A stretch of 64,000 bases of DNA from Salisapilia sapeloensis CBS 127946 (Eukaryota; Protista; Oomycota), in assembly GCA_023334545.1 (NCBI GenBank), contig JAADVB010000063.1, positions 16,618-80,617 of the forward strand. Reading direction: 5' to 3'. How positions within the stretch are numbered: position 1 is the first letter of the stretch; every line of letters begins with the position of its first letter. The translations under genes and the position numbers were made by a program. Below are positions 1 to 11,749 of this stretch, in pieces. The notes beneath the pieces are model-generated. The model worked only from the letters and a program-made list of their open reading frames with translations, made no database searches and was not told the origin of the DNA.

Positions 1-351
1 AAAGAGACTGAATCTACGAACGCAGACGCCACATCGCTTCGTATCCGACGCTTGTTTCCATCGAGTCGTGGGAATGCCTTCCAGGACAATGGTTTGATAC
101 GCTTGATGCGGTAATTGATGCGTGAGCCTAGGACCCAGCGACGACAAACTGGTTCTTTGCATCCCCGCCTCCTCAGTCTGTTCGTATCGGCCTTATTGCT
201 AAAGTGGTCTCATATCTATCTACGCGAAGAAATTGTCACGTGAGACTGTTCAAATTGTTTGAAGCGGCTTTTGACGCGTCACCGATCGCTTACTTGGGAC
301 TTGTAACGCCCGATGAGACTGCTGAAAAGTTTCTCGCAAGTTTCAGTCTGA

Positions 352-1790
352 ATGCAGAAGCTCTCTTCTTCCAATGAACTTGCCACTACGAAGGTGCAGT
401 CCAGTGCCATGACGGACAGTAGTCGGGATAGATTTTTCCATGACCCCATAGATGGACATAGCGGCAGTGTTTCCATGATACTAGTGTCAGGTGAACAGGA
501 CACAGAGCTAAGCATATCGATGAAGCAAGTTTTCTTTAATGGATGGGAAAATACCACCAAGGTAGCGCTCTAATCATATAATTCGGAGTACAAATATCTA
601 ACTTCTAGCTAATGTTACTCGTCTGGCAGGCGGAAGAATTGGAACAATCACTTTCTATAAAACTTGACTCACTTGAAGCCGACGATGAAAAGATAAACTC
701 TTCCGCCTCTATCCCTGTCATCATCGCAGGGCCCAAGAGCACACGATTTAGTTTAAAAGGTCATATCGCGAGTACGCACAGCCTTTTGTTAAAAGTTGGT
801 CAAAATTGCTGCTATTCAGTATCTTTCACACCACCGGCATTGACCGACAGCGATTTTGCCTTTGACAACTTCCAAGACCAAATCGCAGTTCATACACGAG
901 AAGGAAGTGTCATTATTTACTTGAAAGCCACGAAGAAATGTGTTAAAATGAGCCAATACTCAGCAATGGAGTACTGCCCTCGAGCCCTACCATTGGTTCA
1001 ACCTCCTTCTCTCCACAACTTTGACATGATCGAGAAGCAAGAACGTCTTGATAACGCAGTCGATCGATTGCCAGTAGGATCGGATGATAGAAACTTGGTG
1101 TTGGACAAGCATATTCAAAACCCAAATTCGGTAAATTCATTGACGGTTCTTCGGTCAAATTTAGATGCTAAGAAAGCGATCGTGATGCTTCGAGCGCAAT
1201 ATGGAACAACGCAAGCCCCTCGGAAATCAAAACGGAAACCGCCTAGCGACGAGAACGATCCTTTACCAAGTAAAGGAGTTGAGATGATTGAAACTTTTAA
1301 TAGTGTACTAGCTGCTGCAATGAAAGATGTAGATCAGCAAAGAGCAATTGCACAAGAAAGCTTAAAGTTGAACCATTCTAACGTACGTGCCGAACGTACG
1401 ACCAGCAGCAAAGACTTTCTTGTCACCGGTGATAGATCCGAAGCGAGTTTAGTGTCTATTATACCTCCGCCGAAGTCATCTACCAGAAAGAAGCGTGGGC
1501 TTCCTCGAAAGCCACCGAGTCTTTCTCCTCTATCTACACGCTCTTCCATCATGCAGACATCAAACCAAGAAAAGTTTGTAGAGCACCATTTGTGTGGTAC
1601 ATGGCGACCTGGTAGTCGTGAAGCCTATAGGGTCCAGGAACGTATTCGATCTGGTAATGCGTCAATGGATACTTTCCATGAACATGAAAAAGAGTCGGAC
1701 GATTCTGATGTTGAGGTAGATCCGTTTCCACACGAACTGGATCAACTTGGGAGTGGTGTGGCAGCATTAGAAAGTAGTATGTACGAATGA
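352..1790 (+). CDS. Uncharacterised protein, 3' part of a multi-exon gene that probably starts at or before the window edge
   Basis: ORF 352-573 joins the 392-aa ORF 612-1790 through a GT...AG intron at about 562-608. The C-terminal half is Ser/Pro/Lys-rich and low-complexity. No family motif recognised; upstream exons unresolved. Confidence 0.5.
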
Positions 1791-1798
1791 TAAGGATG

Positions 1799-3400
1799 TC
1801 TACTGTGGAAACTTCACGCATATAAAGCCAACTAGAAATATTGCCAAGTCAATAGTCCAATCGACGGACCTACTACCACAAGCCTATGTGTATGCTGGTG
1901 TGTACTACTGTCACGCATGCTGCACCTTGCGATGGCTTACGACGGACTGAGAAAGATAAAATCCACCGTTGAGGAGCACAAAAACATATCCGTTGAAGTG
2001 TATCTTCATGTCGTTGGGCGATGCGCAACTGTGTTCGCCCGGTCTATTAAAATCCAACAGCGCACGTGTCGATGTGCCAATCGTAACCTCTTGCAAATCG
2101 AGCACAATCGACAGTATTAGACGATCTTGGTTGTATGAACTGCCGTCGATTGTTGCTTCCCACTCACTGCCAAAGCTACCAGTGAATCTGAGCTGAGGAT
2201 TTGCTTGCAGTAGAGTCCAGTGGAAACGTAGGTTTGCTGAAAATCCAGGAGATCAGATCTTTGTGAAACCATATCCTTGCGTCTGTTCGTAAAGTGTTTA
2301 ACTTCGTACCGCGATGTATGGATAGTTCCATTTTGCAGTGCAATACAGACATTCTTGGTCAGCCTTTTCATTGGAAACTTGGTGCGAATTGTTGTTAGGA
2401 TAGGTTAGAAGCTGTATTCGCCAATTCCACATATAATGTAGACATGATTGCAAAAGGCAAGGGTACAGGTATAGATCTGAAACTATCTTCTTTAGCATAG
2501 CATGGTTGCAAATCGACATGTGCATCGAATATCGAGCCCAGGAAACGATTGGGCAAGATTATACTACAGTAGAATATTTCGAATCAATGGGCGTTTTCAT
2601 CCATGAATGCATAGAGCACCTAGCTGACATTGGCGAAATTTCCAAGGGGTAGAGAGTAGCCCCATGTCAATTTTACCTTTATGTCGGCTGCATCAAGATA
2701 GAACAATCGTATCTTTCTATAGATCTACATGCATAAAAAATCTTCTCGATTTCAAATATTGGATAGCAGTCGCCTCAAGCGCATTGAAGAGTTGGAAGAA
2801 ATGCGATAGTAAGATTACTATGAGTCGAAGACGAATTTATTGTTCATGATCTTGTTTCTATCTATCTGTTGGTAACCTTCGTACCACGTTCGCGCAACCC
2901 GACAACTTCAACCTTTGGAAAGCTAGCGCATGTCCGATCCGGTGAGCTTCGTTGCAGTCGTTACGAGTGGATTTTTTTGGCATCTGTACCGAGGAAAGGA
3001 TGCGTGTGTGTGGGTCTCACGCCACGCAAGAGCACCTCGATTTTCCACGGAAGTATTTAACTGCATTCGCGATGCGTTCCATGATCATGTTGGGTGCGTT
3101 CTGAACGTAGGCTGCCATTCTGCTCCTAGCGCGAAGATTCCATGCCCATAGTGGGCGCATGCAGTCGCCCGCAACGCATGGCGTCCAGCAGCCAACCGAA
3201 ATGTCGACACCTTGATTATCAACAATCTGCGATGACACAATAAAATCCAGCTATGCTGACACGCAGATGATGTGTTCTGCTTCAGGTCCTCCTGTCTTCA
3301 ACTGTCGCTGCTGCTGATCGAATTCTTCATCTAAATTTCCGCGCAAAAGCTCCATGCCTATTGCCAATGCCCATGCCTCGGATGTACTGGACGTACTACT
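1799..3400 (-). CDS. Probable multi-exon gene(s), unresolved; the last exons are weakly FHA-like
   Basis: Short minus-strand ORFs are separated by plausible introns (a GTGAGT donor near 2165; GTGCAG...CATAG near 1925-1885). The spliced tail reads VTIGTSTRALLDFNRPGEHSCASPNDMKIHFNGYVFVLLNGG...CGSRSVDWTIDLAIFLVGFICVKFPQ*. Canonical FHA Arg/Ser/His residues are absent. Confidence 0.2.
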
Positions 3401-3774
3401 GGATTTACTACCTTGAAGGGGTCGGGATTACGATCCCATCGGCTTCTACTGTGTGCAAACCGGTAAAAATAGAATTGTATCTATATGTAACAGACGGTCT
3501 GACAGGCTAGTACCACTTTCATCCGAATTCTCTCGTCCGAGATCAAATGCATGTTTCTAGCTCACCGAGGTATATCCAGGGGAGAAGCTGATTCAAATTG
3601 GATTTTAATCTTTACTTTCTCCGATGCATGTGAACCAGATTCGACGTACGTAGTATGTGTAGTTTGCTTTGGTTGGATGAATAGAAATAATCTGAGAATG
3701 AGTAATATCAATTTTATTTGTATAAAGTATTCAGAAGTAAAGAAAAGACGTGACGGTTGCTGAGTTTGGGATAA

Positions 3775-3792
3775 GCTCATTTCCGGATTTGC
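3775..3792 (+). promoter_or_regulatory. Oomycete Inr+FPR core promoter of the Ca2+-ATPase gene
   Basis: GCTCATTTCCGGATTTGC matches the oomycete consensus GCTCATTYBNNNWTTY, about 130 nt upstream of the ATG at 3908. Confidence 0.7.
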
Positions 3793-3907
3793 TGCGAAGG
3801 TGAAAATAGATTTCCCAGAGCGTGGGAAGTTGCATTTCTTCTAGTTCTGATCGCAACGCTTCCACGACTTCTTGCTTCGTCATTCACACAAAGCACGTGT
3901 GTTGAGG

Positions 3908-6900
3908 ATGAGCAACTTCAAACTCCACGCGAGCGACTTGATTCGGCTCGTGGAAACGCCGCATGAAAAAGCTGGCGAACAAGTGTCTTCGCTTGGCGGT
4001 GTCCAAGGCGTCGGTGAGAAACTCGGCGTCGACATCTACCAAGGGCTAGACAACAACAACTCGGAGGACCTCAAGCTCCGTGAAAACGCCTTCGGAAAAA
4101 ATTATGTCGCGCCGCCGAAGAGCAAAGGCTTCTTTGGTCTTATGTGGGATGCCTTCCAGGACATTACGATGATTATTCTAGCTGTCTCGGGTGCCATCTC
4201 CATCATCCTCGCTGTCGCAGTTGGAGACGACCCGGAAACTGGATGGATTGAAGGCGCGTGTATCGAAGTCGCGGTGCTCGTCGTGACGGTCGTGACGGCT
4301 GCCAACGACTATCAGAAGGAGAAGCAGTTTAGCGTCTTGAATGAAGTGAAAGAAGATGAGAAGATCAAGGTGATTCGCAACGGCGAGCCGTGTGAAGTGA
4401 GCAAGTTTAATTTGATGGTGGGTGACATTGTGCGGGTCGACCTGGGTGACATTATCCCTGCGGACGGCATCGTCTTTGATCAGAAGGAGATGAAGATGGA
4501 TGAAAGTGCCATGACAGGTGAATCCGACTTGCTTACTAAGAATGAGGACAATCCGTTCCTTTTGTCCGGCACTAAAGTCATGGAAGGACTGGGCAAGATG
4601 CTTGTAGTAGCTGTGGGTGAGAACTCGCAGGCTGGTATCATCAAGAAACTGATTAATGGCAAGAAGGGAGAGTCGAAAGACACGGACAAGAAGCCAGAAG
4701 GTAACGATGCTACGAATGAAGATGATGTATACGTGGAAATGGAGACGCCACGCGCTTCCAAGTCGCAAAAGAACGAAGCAGAGTACGGTGACGATGAAGG
4801 AGCTTCTGAATCGCCTTTGGAAGGTAAATTGTACCGCTTGACGGTACTCATCGGAAAGCTCGGTACGGTCGCAGGTCTTCTCGTCTTTATCGTCATGTGT
4901 CTTCGTTTCTCGATTGAAAAGTTCGCGATCGACGGAGAAGACTGGAAGGGAGCGTACTTCAACGACTATCTTGACTTTTTCATCCTCGCCATCACAGTGC
5001 TTGTCTTGGCGATTCCCGAAGGTCTGCCGCTAGCTGTTACCATCGCACTTGCCTACTCTGTGAAAAAGATGCTACGAGACAACAATCTCGTTCGACACTT
5101 GGATGCATGTGAAACCATGGGTAGTGCCACGAGCATTTGCTCTGATAAGACAGGAACGTTGACAACGAACCGGATGACTGTCATGCGCACGTGGTTGGGT
5201 GATCAAGAGTACACTAGTGCAGAAGACGTTCGCCAGGCCATGAGTGAGCACACAAAAGATGCATTCTTACACGGCGTCGCATTAAATTCGACCGCCGAGA
5301 TCCTCCCTCCTCGATCTGATGGTGCCCAGCCAGAGCACACTGGTAACAAGACCGAGTGTGCGTTGCTCCAGTTCTCTCGCGACTGCGGCGTGGACTATTC
5401 ACAAGTACGAAAGGAGATCGAAGTTGGACACATGCTCACCTTTAGTAGTGCCAAGAAGCGCATGTCTGTCGTTGTGAAGAACCAGGATGGATCTAGTCGT
5501 ATCTATACTAAGGGCGCGACGGAAGTCGTCCTGGGCCTTTGCCAGAACGTCCAGACTGCCGACGGAACGATCTCTGCTTTGGATGATGGACGTCGGAAGG
5601 AGATTGGGACGACTGTGATTGAAACCTTTGCAACTCAAGGCTTCCGGACGTTGTGTCTAGCCTATCGTGACGTCGATATGCCAGCAGAAGAACTGTACAA
5701 TTGGTCCGATGAAGAGATTGAAAAGGAGCTTACGTGTGTCGCTATCGTCGGAATCGAAGATCCTGTTCGTACGGAAGTGCCGGACAGTATTGAAAAGTGT
5801 AAGCAAGCAGGTATCACTGTGCGGATGGTTACGGGTGATAACATCATGACAGCGCGATCTATTGCACTCAAATGTGGTATCATCACCCCAGGCGATGGTG
5901 CGCTTGTCATGGAAGGCACCGAGTTCCGATCTCGAGTCCTTGATGCAAGCGGAAATGTGAATCAGACAGAGTTTGACAAGATCTGGCCGATGCTACGTGT
6001 CCTCGCTCGGTCTTCCCCGAAGGACAAGTACACACTTGTGTCAGGTTTGATGCAAACGTCACTCGTGCCGCACGGACCTCAGGTCGTCGCTGTTACTGGT
6101 GACGGCACGAACGACGCACCAGCTCTAAAGCGAGCGAATGTCGGTTTTGCTATGGGTATCAGTGGTACGGCAGTTGCCAAAGACGCGTCGGACATTATTC
6201 TCATGGACGACAACTTTACGTCGATCGTAAGTGCCATCAAGTGGGGTCGCAACGTCTACGACTCGGTGAGCAAGTTCCTCCAGTTCCAATTGACCGTCAA
6301 TATTGTCGCGGTGTCTCTCGCGTTTCTCGGTGCTGTCATCCTCGACCAGTCTCCTCTAACGCCCGTGCAGATGCTATGGGTGAACTTGATCATGGACTCG
6401 TTTGCGTCCTTGGCACTAGCGACGGAAGAGCCGACGATGGCGCTCCTGGATCGGAAGCCGATCCCTAAGACGCAGCCACTGGTGTCGAAAAAGATGAGCA
6501 AGCACATTATCGGCCAGAGCATCCTGCAGCTCGTCATCCTCTTGGTTCTGTCGTTCAAAGGGCATGTCATCTTCAACGTTCCGTCTGGTCTCTACAGTGA
6601 CGTGGACGAAGAGGACCGAGATGACCCGACCAAGCACATGACGATCGTGTTCAACACGTTTGTCTGGATGCAGCTCTTTAACGAGATCAACTGTCGTCGT
6701 ATTCATGATGAGAAGAATGTGTTTGATCGGATATGGCAGAACAAGATGTTCCTCTACATCTGTGCGCTGCAGGTCATCATGCAAGTCATCATCATCCAGT
6801 TCACTGGTCGTGTCTTTAGTGTCGCGCCATTGGATGTTGGTGAATGGTTTGTCTGCATCGGTCTAGGCTTCCTCGCATGGCCGCTAGGTTTCGTCTTGCG

Positions 6901-7099
6901 AAGTATCTCGGTGACTAAAGCACCGAGCTGGATGGCTTTCTGTCGTGAAGCCGAGGTCGTGGAACCAGAGCAATCACCAACGTCCGGGCATTATCAACAG
7001 CTATGGGTGCGCGGATTCTCTCGACTCCGGACACAAATTCGTGTCGTCAAGGCCTTCCAGAGTGGATTGCAAAAGCAGCCGTTGCTGACGAATGTGTAA
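3908..7099 (+). CDS. P-type IIB (plasma-membrane-type) Ca2+-transporting ATPase, single exon
   Basis: Motifs TGES, IPEGLPLA, CSDKTGTLT (phosphorylated Asp), KGATE, MVTGDN, VTGDGTNDAPAL and WVNLIMDS. C-terminal LWVRGFSRLRTQIRVVKAF resembles the PMCA calmodulin-binding/autoinhibitory segment. First ATG is at 3908; the track start at 3872 is TTG. Confidence 0.95.
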   Translation: MSNFKLHASDLIRLVETPHEKAGEQVSSLGGVQGVGEKLGVDIYQGLDNNNSEDLKLRENAFGKNYVAPPKSKGFFGLMWDAFQDITMIILAVSGAISIILAVAVGDDPETGWIEGACIEVAVLVVTVVTAANDYQKEKQFSVLNEVKEDEKIKVIRNGEPCEVSKFNLMVGDIVRVDLGDIIPADGIVFDQKEMKMDESAMTGESDLLTKNEDNPFLLSGTKVMEGLGKMLVVAVGENSQAGIIKKLINGKKGESKDTDKKPEGNDATNEDDVYVEMETPRASKSQKNEAEYGDDEGASESPLEGKLYRLTVLIGKLGTVAGLLVFIVMCLRFSIEKFAIDGEDWKGAYFNDYLDFFILAITVLVLAIPEGLPLAVTIALAYSVKKMLRDNNLVRHLDACETMGSATSICSDKTGTLTTNRMTVMRTWLGDQEYTSAEDVRQAMSEHTKDAFLHGVALNSTAEILPPRSDGAQPEHTGNKTECALLQFSRDCGVDYSQVRKEIEVGHMLTFSSAKKRMSVVVKNQDGSSRIYTKGATEVVLGLCQNVQTADGTISALDDGRRKEIGTTVIETFATQGFRTLCLAYRDVDMPAEELYNWSDEEIEKELTCVAIVGIEDPVRTEVPDSIEKCKQAGITVRMVTGDNIMTARSIALKCGIITPGDGALVMEGTEFRSRVLDASGNVNQTEFDKIWPMLRVLARSSPKDKYTLVSGLMQTSLVPHGPQVVAVTGDGTNDAPALKRANVGFAMGISGTAVAKDASDIILMDDNFTSIVSAIKWGRNVYDSVSKFLQFQLTVNIVAVSLAFLGAVILDQSPLTPVQMLWVNLIMDSFASLALATEEPTMALLDRKPIPKTQPLVSKKMSKHIIGQSILQLVILLVLSFKGHVIFNVPSGLYSDVDEEDRDDPTKHMTIVFNTFVWMQLFNEINCRRIHDEKNVFDRIWQNKMFLYICALQVIMQVIIIQFTGRVFSVAPLDVGEWFVCIGLGFLAWPLGFVLRSISVTKAPSWMAFCREAEVVEPEQSPTSGHYQQLWVRGFSRLRTQIRVVKAFQSGLQKQPLLTNV

Positions 7100-7224
7100 G
7101 TAGTAGATATGGAGTGAGTAGGATGGAACTACTTGCGTCTAAGTTACGTGAACACGAGGTATGGATATGCATTGCCAACGTTTCTTTGTCTCGATCGTTT
7201 CTTCTTTCGTTTGGCATTAAAACG

Positions 7225-8927
7225 ATGGCGAGTGACACCACATCGAAAGTTGCGAGAAAGGAGAGATTGCGACTTGTCTTGCTTGTGCTCAGTCTTGTGG
7301 GAGTAGCTGCGTTCTGGTATATGACAAGGGTACATAAGATGACATCGGAGACTTTGGATGCCGATGTGACGATCGTAGGAGCTGGGCTTGCAGGTAGCGG
7401 AGATTTATATCTTTGGAAGGAAAGGTCGTGATGGAGCGGATGTAGGCTTGACGGCGGGGTTGGAGACTGCTGCACAGGATCCTGGTCTGCGGATTGTGAT
7501 CGTTGAGAAGGAGATGAAAGTAGGTGGGAACTCGGCTAAAGCGTCGTCTGGTATCAACGCTGCGATATCTGATGATGATGAGCATGTCTTTGAGCAAGAC
7601 ACGTTGCGTTCAGGAGGAGGTCTATCCGTTGAAAATCTCGTCCAAGTCTTTGTTCAAAAGGTCCGTTCGTCTTTTGCTTACTTGTTTATTGATCTGATCA
7701 TTCCCATGTGATGTACAGAGCCCTTCCGGACTCGAATTCCTCCAGCAGCACGGTGTCGATTTGTCAGTCAAGACACAACTTGGAGGCCACTCGGCCAAGC
7801 GTACGCATCGAAACAAGAACGGTCCGAATGTCGGCTTTGCCATTGTCAGTGCTCTGCATGATAAAGTCAAGACGACGCGGAACATCCAGGTGCTTAATGG
7901 ATACGTGGCGAAGCACTTGTTCTTTACAGATACCAATGGAAAGACGACGGATAGCAAGCATGGTCGTCTCTCTTCGGTAGAAATAGTTGATTCGAGTGGA
8001 GTGCATGTGACTATAAACACCAAGGCTGTCATCTTAGCGACTGGAGGCTACTCGGCGAGCAGCAAGATGCTGAAGCAATATGCACCTCATCTCACTGGAT
8101 TTCCAACCACGAATGGAGCCTGGGCACAAGGTGAAGGCATCAACTTGGCAAAAGAAATTGGTGCGAACCTTGTGCTCATGGACAAAGTGCAGCTGCATCC
8201 GACAGGTTTTGTAAACCCCAAGGATCGAGATGCTCAGCAAAGGTTTTTGGCACCGGAAGCGATTCGAGGTGCCGGCGCCGTGCTTTTCAATGAAAAAGGA
8301 AAACGATTTGTCAGTGAGTTGGCGACGAGAGATGTCGTGTCGAATGCCATGCTTGAGCAAGAGATGAAAGGAGCGTACATGTGGCTATTTGCTGGTGCGT
8401 CGGAGCTCCAATCGTCACTTGGTTTCTACCAGCACATGGGGCTCGTGACGTCCGTGCGATCGGTGAAAGAGGCAGCAGAATACTGTGGTTTCGATCCTGC
8501 CATTGTGATGGATGAATTAAATGCATACGCCGCTGCCTCTCAAGGTGAGATAGAGGATCCATTTGGTAAATCTATCTTCCCATATCCCTTACAAAAGACC
8601 TCGAGCGTTGATGAAGATTTGGAAATCTTTGTCATGGAAGTTTCTCCAGTGGTGCATTATTGCATGGGTGGGCATATATATTAATGCTGTCCATATAATA
8701 GAGTCTAATGTGGAGCTCTACGTGTAGGTGGCATTGAGATTGATGAGTCAGCGCGGGTCTTGCGTCCGGAAAAGTCGATCATTCCGAATGTCTATGCAAC
8801 TGGAGAAGTGAGTGGTGGTTTGCATGGAGCAAATCGACTCGGTGGTAACTCACTTGCGGAGTGTGTCGTCTTTGGACGGATTGCAGCTCAGGAGGCTATA
8901 CAACAGATTTACAATGGAAAAGTGTAA
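7225..8927 (+). CDS. FAD-dependent soluble-type fumarate reductase (flavocytochrome c flavin domain / Osm1-like) with N-terminal hydrophobic anchor; 4 exons
   Basis: Introns 7394-7445, 7661-7718 and 8668-8727 restore one frame. Motifs IVGAGLAG (FAD), GGNSAKASSGINA, LGGHSAKRTH, VQLHPTG, APEAIRG, ELATRD, HYCMGG, GEVSGGLHGANRLGGNSLAEC. Confidence 0.9.
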
Positions 8928-9064
8928 AAGCTTAAGGCGGCAGAGTACGGATGAGAGAGCTTTAACGTGACGAATGAATGGAAGACATTTTTAGCTTTAG
9001 CTTTCGTTGCATTCGTTTCAGTTTGTACCAAGGAGACACACTACTGACGTTTTGCTTGCACGAA

Positions 9065-11732
9065 ATGTCTGAAAATGAATCTCCATTTGATTGTAGTGGT
9101 GGAGAGGAGCAAGGCGGCTTATATGTTCTGAGAGTTTCATCACGAAGTAGGATCAATGTATCGCCAACGCATGGAAAGCAATCTAAAAGAGAAGTGGATG
9201 GGAAGCACAAACAGAGACAGAAGTATGTCCCGAAAGCGTCAAAAGACCAAGTTTCTAGTCACTCACATCGATCACGTCGACAGGAAAGCTATACCAAGGA
9301 CCTAGTGGATACAGAGAGGAGTGGATCTCGATACGACGGTCATGTTCAAATGAGCTTATGCAGTGACGAAGAGTCCAATGAATCGGTTAGAGAGGAGTCA
9401 TCATATAAAGACAATAATCGTGAAAGCGATCGCAGCAGTGAGCGTGTTGTTCCGAAAAAGCGATATGAATACTCAAAACGAGAAGCTCAACAGTATGATA
9501 ACAATTCCTCATCATCTTCACTGGCAGATAATGCTGATGAGATGAGGCACCCACAAAAGGTTCGGCCAATACATACAGGGGTAACCTCTACCTATGAGCA
9601 AGATGGAGATAGTGACTACGAACCACCAAGCTATCGACGAGATCCAAGTAAAAATCAAAAGCCATCAAACCCTCGACGGTATCATCGCTATGACGAAACA
9701 AAGGTCGGCAAGAGCGGTTCTAGAAAGAATCATGATCATATTGCTAAATCTTACGAGTATCGTGATGTGGAACCAGACACGGGTCGATCGAAACCCTACA
9801 TGATATCATCGTCACGGTCGGGTTTCCAGTCCTCTCGAGTGCATTCAGCGAGTACAAGTGGTCCAGTGCAGAACAGCCGAGCAGTCATCTCAGCGATGAA
9901 AGCTCTTCAGGATAAAATTCATCGTCTGGAAGAAGACAAAGAGCGCTTGCAGATCGAACTATCCGAAGTGAAAGCTGAGTCTCGGCAGGTAAGACGAGTG
10001 CATTTATATTGAATTTCAACCGCTTATAAAGTATAACACAGCGTGAGGCTGAGTTGACAACTTCCGATAAGAAGTGGTGTGCACAATTGCAGCGAACACA
10101 GGATTCTGCTCGATCAGCGTATGAGGCACTTCGAGATGAACGTGAAGAACTAAAAATTGAACTGGCAAAGAGCGATGAGAGAAGACACTCCTTACGAAAT
10201 GAACTTGAGCACACGAACGCCATGATGAAAACATACTCGACTCAATTGGAGGACATTAAGCAACAACTACAACTTTCCGAGTCAAAACGAGATCAAGAGT
10301 CGAAGGAGACACAGGATACGATCCGAGAACAGAAAATTGCTTTGGAAACGGCGCGGTATGAATTGGGATCCATCCGTGTTGAGCGGGACAGCTACAAGGA
10401 TCAATTGGAAGACACCGATGACAAACTACAAGATAAAGCGGAAGAGTGTGAAAATACTCAGCAAAAGCTTCATGAAACTGAGGTTACCTTCTGCTTCATG
10501 TCAATGTAGATAATTTCATTAAAAAGATATGAAATAGAGGGCAGTAGCGTCGATTACCGACGCTAATGAAAGGCTACTTGAGCGTGTGAAGAAACTAGAA
10601 GAACAGCTTCGAGTGAAGAAGACAAAAAAGGAGTTACAAGAAGAGAGTATACGAGCATTATCTCGACCTACTGCTTCAAGCCAAGCAGCGGTAGTTCCTA
10701 CTCGGTCAGCGACACCTTGTTCGACGATGAAAAAGAAGAAGCTAAAAAAGAGTAAGAAAGGAGCAAATTCAAGGAAGACTCGATTGTCGTCGAGTGGGAA
10801 TAACATGGATATGCTAAGAGCTGCTAATCTAGGCAAGTAGGTATTTCTCGAGATGTATTGATTTCACTCCATATCTTTAAACTGTGTACTAGAAATAAAC
10901 TGTGCGTTTACTTGATATAGGGATATTCCGTTCTATACTGGAGACGCCAACTCATCTTTCTCAATCATTGGAAACGTCCAAACTGCACTTCGTAAATGCG
11001 ATTCTATGCTAGTGTCCCCAACTTCGAAGACAATGACAGAAGTGTTTCCTTCGACTAATGAAGAGGCAAAGGTGCCTCGTTTAAATGTTGAGTTTAAGCA
11101 CGAGAAACAAGATGATAAGAGTAAACGTACGTTGGTAAGCGATCGACAGAGTCGAAAAAAAGAACCAAAATGCAAGCGAGCGAGCACTTCTCCTCTTCAC
11201 GTTACTATTCCAACATGGAGCGAACCAAATTCCAAATCCGAAACTCAGGTATCTCTTGTTCATATCACTTTAAGGCTTTGGAACTAATACTCTATTGTTT
11301 AATAGACTCAAATCATGGAAGACTTGGAAATTGCTGTGCAAAACACTGAAGCGGAGCTGGAAGCTCTTCGTAAAAGGTACTTTGAATTCAAATTCTTGTC
11401 TTTTGTGGGTATCTGATAACTTGGAGACTCTTAGATACGACGCGATGGCCAAACATCAACAAAATTCTGCCAGCGATATGAATCAGACGAATGCAGATAA
11501 TGAATTGTATTCTTTGGTCGATGAACTTGAAGCAAAAGCCAAGCAGGTCGAGCTACTAAAAAACATATATGATCGTGCTTCGCATATTAAGATGCATCGA
11601 ACACGCTCTGTTGTCGTCAGTCCAGAGGCCATCCGTAGGAAAACTGCAAGCTTACGGCTACTAAGTGAGTACCGAGAGCTCGAACGCCAAGCACAGATTA
11701 CATCAACGTCAAAACGTGCTATGGAAGGATAG
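9065..11732 (+). CDS. CEP57: CEP57/translokin-like centrosomal coiled-coil protein, multi-exon
   Basis: SRAVISAMKALQDKIHRLEEDK resembles the Cep57 centrosome-localisation domain. Spliced IPFYTGDANSSFSIIGNVQTALR and the C-terminal NELYSLVDELEAKAKQVELL resemble the Cep57 microtubule-binding region. Long disordered N-terminus. Several short GT-AG introns; boundaries approximate. Confidence 0.6.
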
Positions 11733-11749
11733 CTCGAATATTAAATAAA

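Noticed and set aside
3424-3437. GGGAT-TACG-ATCCC hairpin with a UNCG-like loop
   Set aside because: Only a 5-bp stem closed by U-A, with no surrounding ncRNA features. Likely chance.
7003-7431. ORF bridging the Ca-ATPase end and the fumarate reductase start, suggesting overlap or fusion
   Set aside because: Its 5' part is an alternative frame and intergenic sequence. The genuine reductase starts at ATG 7225 and splices at 7394.
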